64,000 nt of DNA from an uncultured Actinomycetes bacterium (lineage in GTDB: Bacteria; Actinomycetota; Thermoleophilia; Gaiellales; Gaiellaceae): NCBI GenBank assembly GCA_963766375.1, contig CAVXZG010000008.1:3853-67852 (forward strand), in the 5' to 3' direction. Below, in pieces: positions 1 to 8,905 of the stretch. The notes beneath the pieces were generated by a model, which saw only the letters and a list, made by a program, of their open reading frames with translations, made no database searches and was not told the DNA's origin. The translations under genes were made by a program, and so were the position numbers. Numbering within the stretch: the stretch's first letter is position 1; the number at the start of each line of letters is the position of its first letter.

Positions 1-156
1 ATTGACGGTGGCTACACCATCCGACTGCTCGTCGGCGCTGACGACGGGGCTGCCCGCCGCTTCGACGTCGACATCGCGTGGGACGGCAACCCCGAGCTCA
101 GCCCGGAGGAAGTGCTCGCTTCGGCGCTTGATCACCTGGCCGTGCGCGAGGTCTGA
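1..156 (+). CDS. C-terminal fragment of a hypothetical protein (5' end lies outside the window)
   Basis: Frame 1 is open from the window edge to TGA 154-156. The translation IDGGYTIRLLVGADDG...LDHLAVREV has ordinary composition and G/C-rich third positions. No family recognised. Confidence 0.4.
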   Translation: MDGGYTIRLLVGADDGAARRFDVDIAWDGNPELSPEEVLASALDHLAVREV

Positions 157-162
157 CGCGCA

Positions 163-465
163 GTGACCGAAGCGATCCTTGCTGCGTTCGGCTGGAGCGA
201 CGGGCTCGCGATCGTCGCCGCCGGCGTCTCGTTCATCTCGATCTGCCTGGCGATCCGTGCCGACCGCCGCGCGGGTCGAGCAGATCGTCGCGCCGTGAGC
301 GCCGAGGCCGCGACGAGGAGCGCGCCCGGCGCGAGCGCGAGGAAGCAGACGCGGCGAACCGTGCGCGACTGGTTTCTACGGCCTCTCGCAGGCCCTCGCC
401 GACCGGCCGCCCCCGGAGGTCACAGTCCGCTCGCCCGAACGTCTACGTCACGGTCGAGCAGCTGA
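163..465 (+). CDS. hypothetical protein, possible N-terminal membrane helix (weak call)
   Basis: GTG-initiated 100-codon ORF. The first ~30 residues are hydrophobic (AILAAFGWSDGLAIVAAGVSFISICLAI), but the rest is Arg/Ser/Pro-rich like an out-of-frame read. Confidence 0.2.
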   Translation: MTEAILAAFGWSDGLAIVAAGVSFISICLAIRADRRAGRADRRAVSAEAATRSAPGASARKQTRRTVRDWFLRPLAGPRRPAAPGGHSPLARTSTSRSSS

Positions 466-472
466 GGCGACG

Positions 473-763
473 CTACTTCGTTTCGCTCGCGACCACCAAG
501 CCTTCGGTGACTTGCGGCGGGTTCGGGATGAGCGCGGCGGCGTTCTCCTCAACCCATTGGTGCGCCAGTCTCACCGACTCGTCGGCTCCGGCCTTGTCGT
601 CGAACACGCTCAGCGATGCCATCGCGCCGTCGCCGGCATCGATCCAGTAATAGGCGATGAAACCCTGCACCTGATCGAGGAGGGGGAGGAAGCTCTCACG
701 GACGAGGCGTCCCGCTTCGGCATCATCCGTGATGCCCTCGTAAACCCGGACGGCTGCATACAT
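473..763 (-). CDS. antibiotic-biosynthesis-monooxygenase (ABM/Dabb-fold) family protein
   Basis: 96-aa ORF MYAAVRVYEGITDDAEAGRLVRESFLPLL...ASLSVFDDKAGADESVRLAHQWV. Size and pattern fit the small ferredoxin-like ABM domain, and codon bias is good in this frame. Confidence 0.75.
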   Translation of the reverse strand: MYAAVRVYEGITDDAEAGRLVRESFLPLLDQVQGFIAYYWIDAGDGAMASLSVFDDKAGADESVRLAHQWVEENAAALIPNPPQVTEGLVVASETK

Positions 764-1120
764 CGGCGACTCCTTTGCTCTCTGTGGTGGGCCTACCGTG
801 CGACCTCAGTACCACGCTACACCTCATCCTCGTCCAGCGGGATTTCGGCCGAGTGAAGAGGCCAAGCCGGGCGACGGGACGGCTTTTCAGTGCTAGCCCG
901 ACCTCAACCGATCAGGATTCTGGTCGACCCCATTGCCTTGAACCCCGAAACGGTTCGCCACAGCTCCTACTCGGTGAAGACTCGCGTAGGCTGAGTCGCG
1001 AGCGCGACCAGATGCACTGCTACGGTGGAAGCTCCACAGAGCGAGTACCTGGTCGGCAAACGCCTCCCATCTACCGTTCGTAAAGGTAGGAGGAGGTGTT
1101 TTTCTACGGCGACAGGAACA

Positions 1121-1315
1121 GTGAAGTGGTTCAACGACTCGAAGGGTTATGGGTTCATCGAGCCCGAGGATTCAGGCAAGGACCTCTTCGTCCACCACAG
1201 CGCGATCGCGGGCGATGGCTTCAAGTCACTGACCGAGGGCGCGAAGGTCGAGTACGAAGCGGCCCAGGGCGACAAGGGCCCAGAGGCCAAGAACGTCGTT
1301 CAACAGGCCGGTTAA
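1121..1315 (+). CDS. csp: cold-shock protein (CspA family); start codon unresolved
   Basis: Cold-shock domain motifs [12 protein letters not shown] (RNP1) and DLFVHHSAI (RNP2). Strong GGAGGAGG SD at 1090-1097. No ATG/GTG/TTG lies between the SD and GTG 1121, although conserved-looking residues TGT precede it. Confidence 0.9.
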   Translation: MKWFNDSKGYGFIEPEDSGKDLFVHHSAIAGDGFKSLTEGAKVEYEAAQGDKGPEAKNVVQQAG

Positions 1316-1404
1316 CCGAGCGCCGGCGCGGCCTCGCTCCGCCTCGCTCCAATAGAACCTAATGCGCGCGAAAAAATGCTCTGGTTCAATGCGGACAAGG
1401 ACTG

Positions 1405-1569
1405 ATGGGCAAGAAGAAGCGGCAGACATTCGGGAAGCACGCCCGCGAACGCGCGATCGAGGAGAAGCGCAGGCTCAAGCGCGAGCGGAAGCAGGCGGCC
1501 GCAGCCGAGCGCCTCACCCCTGACCCCGAGCAGAGCGACACGATCGTCCCGCCGGCTGATGGCGATTAG
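1405..1569 (+). CDS. small basic hypothetical protein (54 aa)
   Basis: ORF below the track cutoff, found by reading. AAGGA SD sits ~5 nt before ATG 1405. Translation: MGKKKRQTFGKHARERAIEEKRRLKRERKQAAAAERLTPDPEQSDTIVPPADGD. No family recognised. Confidence 0.4.
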   Translation: MGKKKRQTFGKHARERAIEEKRRLKRERKQAAAAERLTPDPEQSDTIVPPADGD

Positions 1570-1631
1570 CCGGGGCGGCGCGGCGGCGGATTCGTCTAGG
1601 AATCGGCCGACGCGGTAGCTGCTTAGGGCCG

Positions 1632-2486
1632 CTAGTTGGCGGTGAGGCGTCGAAGCGATGCGCGAACAGCGCCGGGCGCCTCGACCCACACGAAATGCCC
1701 GGCGCCCTCGACCACCTCGACCCAGGCGCCCGGAATCCGCTCAGCCGCGTCCGTCGAGGCGGCGACCGGCATCGGGCTCCGTGAGCCGTGGACGAAGCCG
1801 ACGGGAACGCGAATCCCAGGCAGCCCCGCCTCGAGCGCCGGCAGCTCGGCCAGGATCGACCGCACCATCTCGGCCGAGCGCGCGCTCGCCATTCGCAGCT
1901 CGGGCATCGGCGGTGCCCGCTCGGGATCCGCGAAGTACGCGGGCCAGACGAGGCGCATCCCCTCGAGCGCCAGCTCGTCGTCGGCCGCGCCGGCCATCGC
2001 GAGCTCGTCGATCTCGCGCGCCCTCGCGCGCACGGCCTCAGGCGTCCGGCGGAAGAGCTCTTCGTCGAACTCCGGCCAGCGTCCGTCGCCGATCGAGCCG
2101 AGCGGGTCGACGGCGAGCACGCCGAGGAGCCGCTCCGGCATCGCCTCGGCAACGTGAAGGGCGAGGTGCCCGCCCCAGGAATGGCCGACCACGTATGCCC
2201 TCTCCCACCCGAGCGTGTCGAGCACACGCCGGGCATCCCCGACATCCGCCGTCACCGTGTTGGGCGGTGCCGCCGCCGACGGCTCTTGCCCTCGCTGCTG
2301 GTACCACGCGACGTCGTTCTCCTCCGCGAGCTCTTCGGCGAGATCGCGCAGGTAGTCAAAGCCGAGCCCCGGCCCGCCGTGCAGCAGGAGGACCGGTGGC
2401 CCACTGCCGGCGCGGCGACCCGCAATCAGCGGCCCGTCGTCGTGCGTCGTGAACTCGGTCCACTCCACCGACGGCGATCCTCTCAC
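1632..2486 (-). CDS. alpha/beta hydrolase (proline-iminopeptidase-like)
   Basis: HGGPG oxyanion-hole motif, GHSWGG nucleophile elbow (G-x-S-x-G) and a C-terminal GAGHF catalytic-His region; 284 aa. Confidence 0.85.
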   Translation of the reverse strand: MRGSPSVEWTEFTTHDDGPLIAGRRAGSGPPVLLLHGGPGLGFDYLRDLAEELAEENDVAWYQQRGQEPSAAAPPNTVTADVGDARRVLDTLGWERAYVVGHSWGGHLALHVAEAMPERLLGVLAVDPLGSIGDGRWPEFDEELFRRTPEAVRARAREIDELAMAGAADDELALEGMRLVWPAYFADPERAPPMPELRMASARSAEMVRSILAELPALEAGLPGIRVPVGFVHGSRSPMPVAASTDAAERIPGAWVEVVEGAGHFVWVEAPGAVRASLRRLTAN

Positions 2487-2583
2487 GCCCTGCCGACAAC
2501 GACGCTCGGGAGGCTACGCCATAGGATCGACGCCGTATGGATGGACCGTCGCAGCCGCCGGCGAGGTCACGCCCGAGCTCGTC

Positions 2584-4410
2584 ATGGAGCTGCTGCGGCC
2601 GAGCGAGGTCGCGCTCTCGGCTGACGGGTCGCGCATCGCGTTCGGGGTCTCGGCCACGTTCCGCGAGCAGGGGAAGCTGATCGAGACTCGGCTCTGGACG
2701 GGTGACGTCGACGGCGAGCTCCGACCGGGCGAGGCGGGCACGCTGCCGCGCTTCTCGCCGGACGGGTCGCGCCTCGCCTTCGCGTCCGACCGCGGGCACC
2801 AGGGGCGCCGGTCGCTCTGGGTCGACGACCAGGAGCTCGGCGAGGTCGCGGGCTCCGTCGAGGACATCCACTGGTCGCCCGACGGCACGCGCCTGCTCGT
2901 GCTCGCCGCCGACCTCGGGGCCGACCGCGCCGGCGCGGATTCGGCGACGAAGATCGAGGAGGCCGGCGCCGAGGCGCCGGATCCGAAGGTCTTCCGACCC
3001 GCCAAGTTCTGGCGGCGGCTCTGGCTCATCGACGCCGCGAGCGGCGAGACACAGGACGTCACGCCCGAGGGCGTCAACGTCTTCGAGGTCGGCTGGGCAG
3101 GCGGCAAGGCGGTAGCCGTCTGCACCGACGAGCCGTCGGAGAGCGCGTGGTACGACGCCTGGATCGCCTTGATCGACCTCGACGCGCGCACGTTCGAGCG
3201 CGTGCACACGCCGAAGTGGCAGCTCCAGGCGCCGCGGATCTCGCCCGGCGGGCAGGTCGCGTTCGTCGAGGGCTTCTCGTCCGACCGCGGCACGCTCACG
3301 GGCACCGTCCACGTGCTCGGCCAGGGCGCCGTCGCGCCCGAACTGCACGCGACCTGGGTCGAGTGGGCCGACGAAGAGACGCTCTGGGTCGCCGGCTGGC
3401 GCGAGGCCGGCTCCTTCGCCGGTCGCCTCTCGCTCGACGGCTCGTATCTGGAGCTCGTCGGCGGCAACCTGACCCTCGGCGACCGCTTCAGCCCGTGCTT
3501 CGCGGCCAGCGCCGACGGCTCCCGCATCGCGATGCCGCTCCAGACGCCGGAGGCGCCCGCAGAGGTCGTGCTGCTCGAGAACGGCGAGCGCCGCGCGCTG
3601 ACGAGCCTCAACGCCCACCTGGCGCCACAGCTGGCCAACGTCGAGTGGCGGGACTACCGCTGGACGTCGTTCGACGGCCTCGAGATCCAGGGCCTGCTCG
3701 CCCTCCCACGCAAGCGCGGCGACGGGCCGTTGCCGTTCGTCGTCGACGTCCACGGCGGGCCGACCGGCTGCTGGTCGTGGGAGTTCGCTCCCGGCCACGG
3801 CTCCCCACAGCTCTACGCCTCCGAGGGGGTCGCGACCTTCCTTCCGAATGTCCGCGGCAGCGTCGGGCGCGGCCCGGAGTTCGCCGAGGCCAACCTCGGA
3901 GACATGGGCGGCGGAGACCTGCAGGACATCCTCACGGGCGTCGAGGCACTCGTCCGCGACGGGATCGCGGAGTTCGACCGCATCGCGATCACCGGCGGGA
4001 GCTACGGCGGCTTCATGGCCTGCTGGGCGGTCACGCAGACCGACCGCTTCGCTTGCGCGATGCCGTTCGCGGTCGTCACCGACTGGGTCAGCTTCCACTT
4101 CACGACCAACATCGGGCAGTTCGACCGGCTCTACCTGCAGGCCGACCCGCTCGATCCGGGCGGCGAGTACACGAAACGCTCGCCGCTCTACCACGCGGCG
4201 AAGTGCAAGACCCCGACGCTGATCCTCCACGGCGAGGACGACCTCTGCACGCCGATCTCGCAGGCGGTCGAGTTCTACAACGCGCTCGTCGAGGCGGGCT
4301 GCGAGACGGAGCTCGTCGTCTACCCGCGCGAAGGCCACGGCTGGACCGAGCGCGAGCACCAGATCGACTCGTGGAACCGCGTGCGCGAGTGGCTCGCGCG
4401 GCACCTGTAG
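2584..4410 (+). CDS. S9 family serine peptidase (prolyl oligopeptidase / acylaminoacyl-peptidase type)
   Basis: Propeller-like repeats (SPDGSR, WSPDGTR), catalytic GGSYGG, HGEDDLCTP (Asp) and REGHGW (His). ATG 2584 is preferred over GTG 2449, which would overlap the divergent hydrolase start. Confidence 0.9.
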   Translation: MELLRPSEVALSADGSRIAFGVSATFREQGKLIETRLWTGDVDGELRPGEAGTLPRFSPDGSRLAFASDRGHQGRRSLWVDDQELGEVAGSVEDIHWSPDGTRLLVLAADLGADRAGADSATKIEEAGAEAPDPKVFRPAKFWRRLWLIDAASGETQDVTPEGVNVFEVGWAGGKAVAVCTDEPSESAWYDAWIALIDLDARTFERVHTPKWQLQAPRISPGGQVAFVEGFSSDRGTLTGTVHVLGQGAVAPELHATWVEWADEETLWVAGWREAGSFAGRLSLDGSYLELVGGNLTLGDRFSPCFAASADGSRIAMPLQTPEAPAEVVLLENGERRALTSLNAHLAPQLANVEWRDYRWTSFDGLEIQGLLALPRKRGDGPLPFVVDVHGGPTGCWSWEFAPGHGSPQLYASEGVATFLPNVRGSVGRGPEFAEANLGDMGGGDLQDILTGVEALVRDGIAEFDRIAITGGSYGGFMACWAVTQTDRFACAMPFAVVTDWVSFHFTTNIGQFDRLYLQADPLDPGGEYTKRSPLYHAAKCKTPTLILHGEDDLCTPISQAVEFYNALVEAGCETELVVYPREGHGWTEREHQIDSWNRVREWLARHL

Positions 4411-4472
4411 CAACTTCGGCGCCGGTGATGCGATAGAAACGGCTAGACCGGCAACCGGAGGGAGGGCGACCC

Positions 4473-5840
4473 ATGGCGGGAACGCCGACTGAGCTCCGCA
4501 ACCACGTGCGGGGCGAGACCATCACTGCCGAGGACGCGGGGTACGACGAGGCGCGCAAGGTCTACAACGCGATGATCGAGAGGCGGCCGCACGTGATCGT
4601 GCGCTGCGCTGACGCCGACGACGTCGTCGCGGCGGTGAACTACGCGCGCGAGAACGGGCTCGCGATCGCCGTGCGTGGAGGCTCGCACAGCGTTCCCGGG
4701 TTCGGGACGGGCGACGACGCCGTCGTGATCGACCTCGTCCGCATGCAGCGCGTGGACGTCGATCCCGGCAAGCGGACAGCGCGAGCCGAGGGCGGGACGA
4801 CCTGGGGCGCCTTCAACGACGCGACCCACGAGCACGGGCTGGCGACGACCGGCGGGATCATCTCGACGACCGGCGTCGGCGGCCTCACGCTCGGCGGCGG
4901 GATCGGGTACCTGACGCGTGGCGTCGGCCTGTCCTGCGACAACCTCGTCTCGGCGGAGGTCGTCACCGCCGACGGGGCGAAGCTCGCTGCCAGCGAGGAC
5001 GAGAACGACGACCTGTTCTGGGCGATCCGCGGGGGCGGCGGCAACTTCGGCGTCGTCACGTCGTTCGAGTTCCGGCTGCACCCGGTGAGCGAGGTCTACG
5101 GCGGGCCGATCCTGTTCGAGCTCGAGGACGCGGAGGCCGTGCTCAGGTTCTACCGGGACTTCATCCAGGACGCGCCCGAGGAGCTCGGCTGCTTCCCGGC
5201 GTGGCAGATCGCGCCGCCGCTGCCGTTCATCCCGGAGGAGCGTCACGGTGAGCCGTTCCTCATCTTCGTGACGTGCTGGGCCGGCCCGGTCGACCAGGGC
5301 GAGGCGGCGCTGGCGCCGATCCGCGAGGCGGCGCCGGTCGTGGCCGAGCACGTCGGGGCGATGCCGTACCCGGCGATCAACAGCGCCTTCGACGCACTCG
5401 TTCCCGCCGGCCTCCAGCACTACTGGAAGGCGAACTTCGCCAGGGAGCTGACCGACGACGCTATCGCTGCCCACCTCGAGCACGGCCCGAAGGTGCCGAC
5501 GGTGAACTCGACCGTCCACATCTACCCGATCAACGGCGCCGCCCATCGGGTCGCCCCCGGCGACACGGCGTTCGCCTACCGCGACGCGAACTTCGCGACG
5601 GTGATCGCGGGCATGTGGCCCGACCCGGCCGACAACGAGGCGAACACCGCGTGGGTCCGCGGCTTCTACGACGCGACCGCCCCGTTCTCCGAGGAGGGCG
5701 GCTACATCAACTTCATGGCCGACGACGACCAGGAGCGGATTCGGGCCAACTACAAGGGGAACTACGACCGGCTTGTCGAGGTCAAGCGCAAGCACGACCC
5801 CGACAACCTCTTCCGCCTGAACCAGAACATCAAGCCGTAA
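4473..5840 (+). CDS. FAD-linked oxidoreductase with berberine-bridge-like C-terminal domain
   Basis: PCMH-type FAD-binding motifs (RGGSHS, GGGIGYL, IRGGGGNFGVVT) and a BBE-like tail YDRLVEVKRKHDPDNLFRLNQNI. GGAGGGAGGG SD upstream. Confidence 0.9.
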   Translation: MAGTPTELRNHVRGETITAEDAGYDEARKVYNAMIERRPHVIVRCADADDVVAAVNYARENGLAIAVRGGSHSVPGFGTGDDAVVIDLVRMQRVDVDPGKRTARAEGGTTWGAFNDATHEHGLATTGGIISTTGVGGLTLGGGIGYLTRGVGLSCDNLVSAEVVTADGAKLAASEDENDDLFWAIRGGGGNFGVVTSFEFRLHPVSEVYGGPILFELEDAEAVLRFYRDFIQDAPEELGCFPAWQIAPPLPFIPEERHGEPFLIFVTCWAGPVDQGEAALAPIREAAPVVAEHVGAMPYPAINSAFDALVPAGLQHYWKANFARELTDDAIAAHLEHGPKVPTVNSTVHIYPINGAAHRVAPGDTAFAYRDANFATVIAGMWPDPADNEANTAWVRGFYDATAPFSEEGGYINFMADDDQERIRANYKGNYDRLVEVKRKHDPDNLFRLNQNIKP

Positions 5841-5847
5841 CCGAGGC

Positions 5848-6330
5848 CTAGTTCAGCAACCGCCGGGCTCCGGCGAACCGGCTGCCGAGCGAGGCCAAAT
5901 CGACGTAATGAACCCGCTCACCGCTCTGCGGGGCCTCGATCACCGTGGTCTTCGAGATCACGAGCACGACGTGGCCGCCGCCCTCGGTGAAGAGCAGGTC
6001 ACCCGCCCGGAGCCGGCCGAAGCGCACCGGCCGTCCCAGCCGGAGCTGGTCCCAGCTCGAATGCGGGATCGCCCTGCCGATCGAGCGGTAGGCCGCGTAG
6101 ACGAGCCCCGAGCAGTCGAAGCCCGTGCTGGGCGAGGCGCCGCCCCAGCTGTAGGGAACTCCGACCTGATGTCGTGCGTAGGCGACGACCTTCCGAGCGA
6201 GCTTTCGAACCTTGGCGTCATGGCTCGTCTGCGGCCTCGGCGACGGCCAGATGACTGCGGCGAGGCAGGATGAGGGGAGGCTGGCGGCGATGGTTACGGC
6301 CAGCACAAGGACGAGCAGCGGGCGGCGCAT
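5848..6330 (-). CDS. secreted NlpC/P60 (C40) cell-wall peptidase
   Basis: Signal peptide MRRPLLVLVLAVTIAASLPSS, then the NlpC/P60 core GVPYSWGGASPSTGFDCSGLVYAAY (catalytic Cys) and GGHVVLV (His). Confidence 0.9.
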   Translation of the reverse strand: MRRPLLVLVLAVTIAASLPSSCLAAVIWPSPRPQTSHDAKVRKLARKVVAYARHQVGVPYSWGGASPSTGFDCSGLVYAAYRSIGRAIPHSSWDQLRLGRPVRFGRLRAGDLLFTEGGGHVVLVISKTTVIEAPQSGERVHYVDLASLGSRFAGARRLLN

Positions 6331-6487
6331 CGGGCCTGCATCGGCCGCGCTCGCTCATCCTGAAGGGGAGAAGGCGTCCCTCAGGTCAGGGATCCGCTCT
6401 CGCGGATGTAGTGCTCATGGGCGTTCCTGCACACATGACGCCTGCGAAATCGAGCTGTGCGAACGATCCCTCGATCGAGGCAGGCGG

Positions 6488-6967
6488 TCAGTCCCTGGCG
6501 GCGGTCCGGATGCGGGCCAGGTGATATGGAAGCGCTGCCAAACACACGATCTCCCTCACCACGAGCGTCACCGGCCTCCGTCCGACCGGCGACGAGGTCT
6601 GGACGGAGACCTTCGGCAGCGCTGCCCGGACCAACGCTCTCGCCCGAGGGGCGTGCCAGCGCGAGGTGACGACGACGACCTCGTCGGCGCCGAGGCGCCG
6701 CGCAGTCTCGGCCACCTCTGCGGCGTTCTCGCTCGTGCTTCGCGCCGTGGAGTCGGAGACGAGCGTCACCTCGGGGCCAGTCCACGCGGCACGCATCAGC
6801 TCCGCCTCGCCGGTGCCGTTCCTGTGCCGGGCCCAGCCCGAGAGGAGGACGGTGTCGCCCTCGCCGGCGAGTTGCTCGGCGTGCCGGAGCCGCTCGGCGC
6901 AGAGGTCGTGGAGGCCGTGGTGACGACGACCCGAGTAGCCGAGGACGGCGACGAGGCGCTTGCTCAT
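6488..6967 (-). CDS. DUF218 (YdcF/SanA-like) domain protein
   Basis: 159 aa with LVAVLGYSG, VLLSGW and VVVVTSRWHAPRA motifs. Its ATG overlaps the TGA of the upstream GT2 gene (ATGA at 6964-6967). The 657-aa track ORF is a read-through artefact. Confidence 0.8.
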   Translation of the reverse strand: MSKRLVAVLGYSGRRHHGLHDLCAERLRHAEQLAGEGDTVLLSGWARHRNGTGEAELMRAAWTGPEVTLVSDSTARSTSENAAEVAETARRLGADEVVVVTSRWHAPRARALVRAALPKVSVQTSSPVGRRPVTLVVREIVCLAALPYHLARIRTAARD

Positions 6968-7686
6968 CTCCGCCTCCAGCGCTCGAGGGCGACCAGCGTC
7001 CCGACGATCGTGAGCACGACCATGACCGCCTTCTTGCCGCGGAGCTTGGACTCGCCGCTCGCGCGCGCCCGCATGTCGACCGGCACCTCGTCGACGCGCA
7101 GGCCCTCCTCCTCGAGCCTCAGGAGGGCCTGAACCTCCGGCGCCTCGCTCGTGTACGGGCGCGCCAGGATCGGCAGCGCCTTCGCGTTCGCGGCGTACAT
7201 GCCGCTGGTGGCGTCGAGGAACGGCCGCCGGAGAGCGACCTTCATCGAGCGCCGCAGCAGCGCGGTGCCGAACCGGCGCGCGCCGCTCGGCTCGTAGCGG
7301 TAGGCCGCGTAGCCGTCGCCGCTGGCGAACCGCGAGCCGACCGCGACGTCGCACGTGTCCGCCCGCACGCGCTCCAGCAGCCGGGCCAGCTCTGCGACGG
7401 GGTGCTGCCCGTCCGCGTCGACCCGGCCGCAGAACTCGTAGCCCTGCTCTACGGCGTGCCCCCAGCCGGCAGCGATGCCGGCCGGAAGGCCGCGGTTCAC
7501 GCCGAACGAGATCACCTCGGCCCCGTGCTCGCGCGCGACCTCGGCCGTGCGATCGGTCGAGCCGTCGTCGACCACGAGCACGTCGGCCTCCGGAAGCTCC
7601 CGCCGTAGCTCGTCGAGCACGGCCGGGAGGTTCGCCTCCTCGTTCCAGGCCGGCACGAAAACGAGGGTGTCGCTCTTGGCAGGCAT
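6964..7686 (-). CDS. family 2 glycosyltransferase (polyprenyl-phosphate sugar synthase-like)
   Basis: GT-A signature VFVPAWNEE...VLVVDDGSTDRT...VDADGQHP and a C-terminal hydrophobic helix. ATG 7686 (MPAKSDTLVFVP) chosen. Confidence 0.85.
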   Translation of the reverse strand: MPAKSDTLVFVPAWNEEANLPAVLDELRRELPEADVLVVDDGSTDRTAEVAREHGAEVISFGVNRGLPAGIAAGWGHAVEQGYEFCGRVDADGQHPVAELARLLERVRADTCDVAVGSRFASGDGYAAYRYEPSGARRFGTALLRRSMKVALRRPFLDATSGMYAANAKALPILARPYTSEAPEVQALLRLEEEGLRVDEVPVDMRARASGESKLRGKKAVMVVLTIVGTLVALERWRRR

Positions 7687-7747
7687 GCGGATCAGCGTAG
7701 CTTCGAAAGGGTCGATAATCGGGCCCGATCCCACGAAAGGAGCTGGC

Positions 7748-8425
7748 ATGAGTACGGTCGCACCCATTCGCTCGAGCGCTGGGCTCGCCCGTTGGGCCGC
7801 GCTGGGCGGAATCGCCTACGTCGTCCTCTTCATCATTGGCACGATCCTCCTCTTCCACGGCCCGCCGGACGGGGACGCGTCTCCTGCGAAGGTGGCCGCC
7901 TACTACGCGGACTCCGGGCACCGCGACAGGATCTCGATCGGCTGGATCGTCGCCGGTCTCGGCCTCTTCTTCTTCCTCTGGTTCCTGAGCAGCCTGCGTC
8001 AAACCGTCCGCCGCCACGAAGGCGAGGACGGCTTCCTCACAGCGCTCACGACGATTGGCGGCGTCATCTACGCGACGCTCGCTCTTGCCGCGCTCGCGGT
8101 AAACGTGGGAATCAGGACGATGAGCGACGACACGTATCACGACCAGGTCTTCCCGGGCTTGATCCATGCGGCCAACGACGCCAGCTACCTGCTGCACGTG
8201 ACAGGCGGCGCCGGCGCCTCGGCGATGATCATCGCGGCTTCGCTCGCGGCCATGCGCGCAGGCGCTGTCCGCGCCTGGGTGGGCTGGCTCGGCGTGGTTG
8301 CAGGGATCCTCGCGCTCGCCTCGATCGCCTTCTTCCCTCAGGCGGCAATCGGCATCTGGATCCTGGTCGTGAGCGGAGCGATGTTCGCCCGCGGCGGCTC
8401 GCCAAGGAGCCCAGAGCTGGCCTAG
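7748..8425 (+). CDS. polytopic membrane protein, family not recognised
   Basis: 225 aa from ATG 7748 with several hydrophobic helices (WAALGGIAYVVLFIIGTILLF, ISIGWIVAGLGLFFFLWFL, VGWLGVVAGILALASIAFF). Confidence 0.7.
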   Translation: MSTVAPIRSSAGLARWAALGGIAYVVLFIIGTILLFHGPPDGDASPAKVAAYYADSGHRDRISIGWIVAGLGLFFFLWFLSSLRQTVRRHEGEDGFLTALTTIGGVIYATLALAALAVNVGIRTMSDDTYHDQVFPGLIHAANDASYLLHVTGGAGASAMIIAASLAAMRAGAVRAWVGWLGVVAGILALASIAFFPQAAIGIWILVVSGAMFARGGSPRSPELA

Positions 8426-8477
8426 CACCAGGGCACCTTGCGGCGAATCAGGGCGTACCACGTGCGGCCGTGAACAT

Positions 8478-8852
8478 CTAGTCGCGGCGCGTCCCGCGCC
8501 ACGGCCCGGGTACGAAGTCGAGCACGATGTTCACGGCCCAGACGATGACCGTCGCCCAGAAGAGCGCCCTCAGGCCGCGGATGTCGAAGCCGTCGACGAA
8601 CAGCGACGTGAGCCAGAGCATCAGCATCGCGACGCCGAACCAGATCAGGCCGAGGGTGATGAAGGCGAGAGGCAAGGTCAGGAGCCGCAGGACGGGCTTG
8701 AGGATCGTGTTCAGAACCCCGAACAGCAGGGCCGCCCTGATCAGGTCTCCTGCTGAGTCGACCTCAACGCCGCTCAGGACGGCCGTGACGAGGGCCAGCA
8801 CGACGGCGTTCGCCGCCCAGGAGAGAACGAGCTGTTTAGTGGTGTTGATCAT
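8478..8852 (-). CDS. small four-helix membrane protein (YvlD / phage-holin-4-2-like family)
   Basis: 124 aa, four hydrophobic segments, pattern LKPVLRLLTLPLAFITLGLIWF. The family assignment is from memory of PF04020-like proteins. Confidence 0.7.
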   Translation of the reverse strand: MINTTKQLVLSWAANAVVLALVTAVLSGVEVDSAGDLIRAALLFGVLNTILKPVLRLLTLPLAFITLGLIWFGVAMLMLWLTSLFVDGFDIRGLRALFWATVIVWAVNIVLDFVPGPWRGTRRD

Positions 8853-8905
8853 CGGTTGGTCTGCGGCCGCGGTGACGGGCGAGCTCGCCTCATGTCTCTC
8901 TCATG

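Noticed and set aside
2356-4413. Very long ORFs antisense to conserved genes. Examples: 2356-4413 minus (685 aa), 4443-5795 minus, 1514-2245 minus, 25382-27283 plus, 33283-34509 minus and 40962-42185 minus.
   Set aside because: Their translations are Arg/Ala/Gly/Pro-rich, low-complexity and without motifs. The opposite strand carries clear family signatures. Long shadow ORFs are expected at this G+C content.
6331-6487. Possible cyclic-di-AMP (ydaO-type) riboswitch in the leader of the NlpC/P60 gene. That element often precedes such genes in Actinomycetota.
   Set aside because: The leader does contain hairpins, for example AUCCGC-GAGA-GCGGAU. However, I could not find the conserved ydaO core strings I remember (CGCUnAAUC, GGGGAnCC, CUAACCUCGUAAGC-like). 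A covariance-model search (Rfam RF00379) would settle it.
6488-8461. The 657-aa minus-strand ORF as one gene.
   Set aside because: Only the last 159 codons (from ATG 6967) look like a real DUF218 protein. The rest reads through a GT2 gene out of frame and then runs antisense to a plus-strand membrane protein gene.
8478-8852. Holin-family-like membrane protein as part of a prophage lysis cassette.
   Set aside because: There is no endolysin, terminase, capsid, tail or integrase gene nearby. This small-membrane-protein family is common in non-phage chromosomal contexts.
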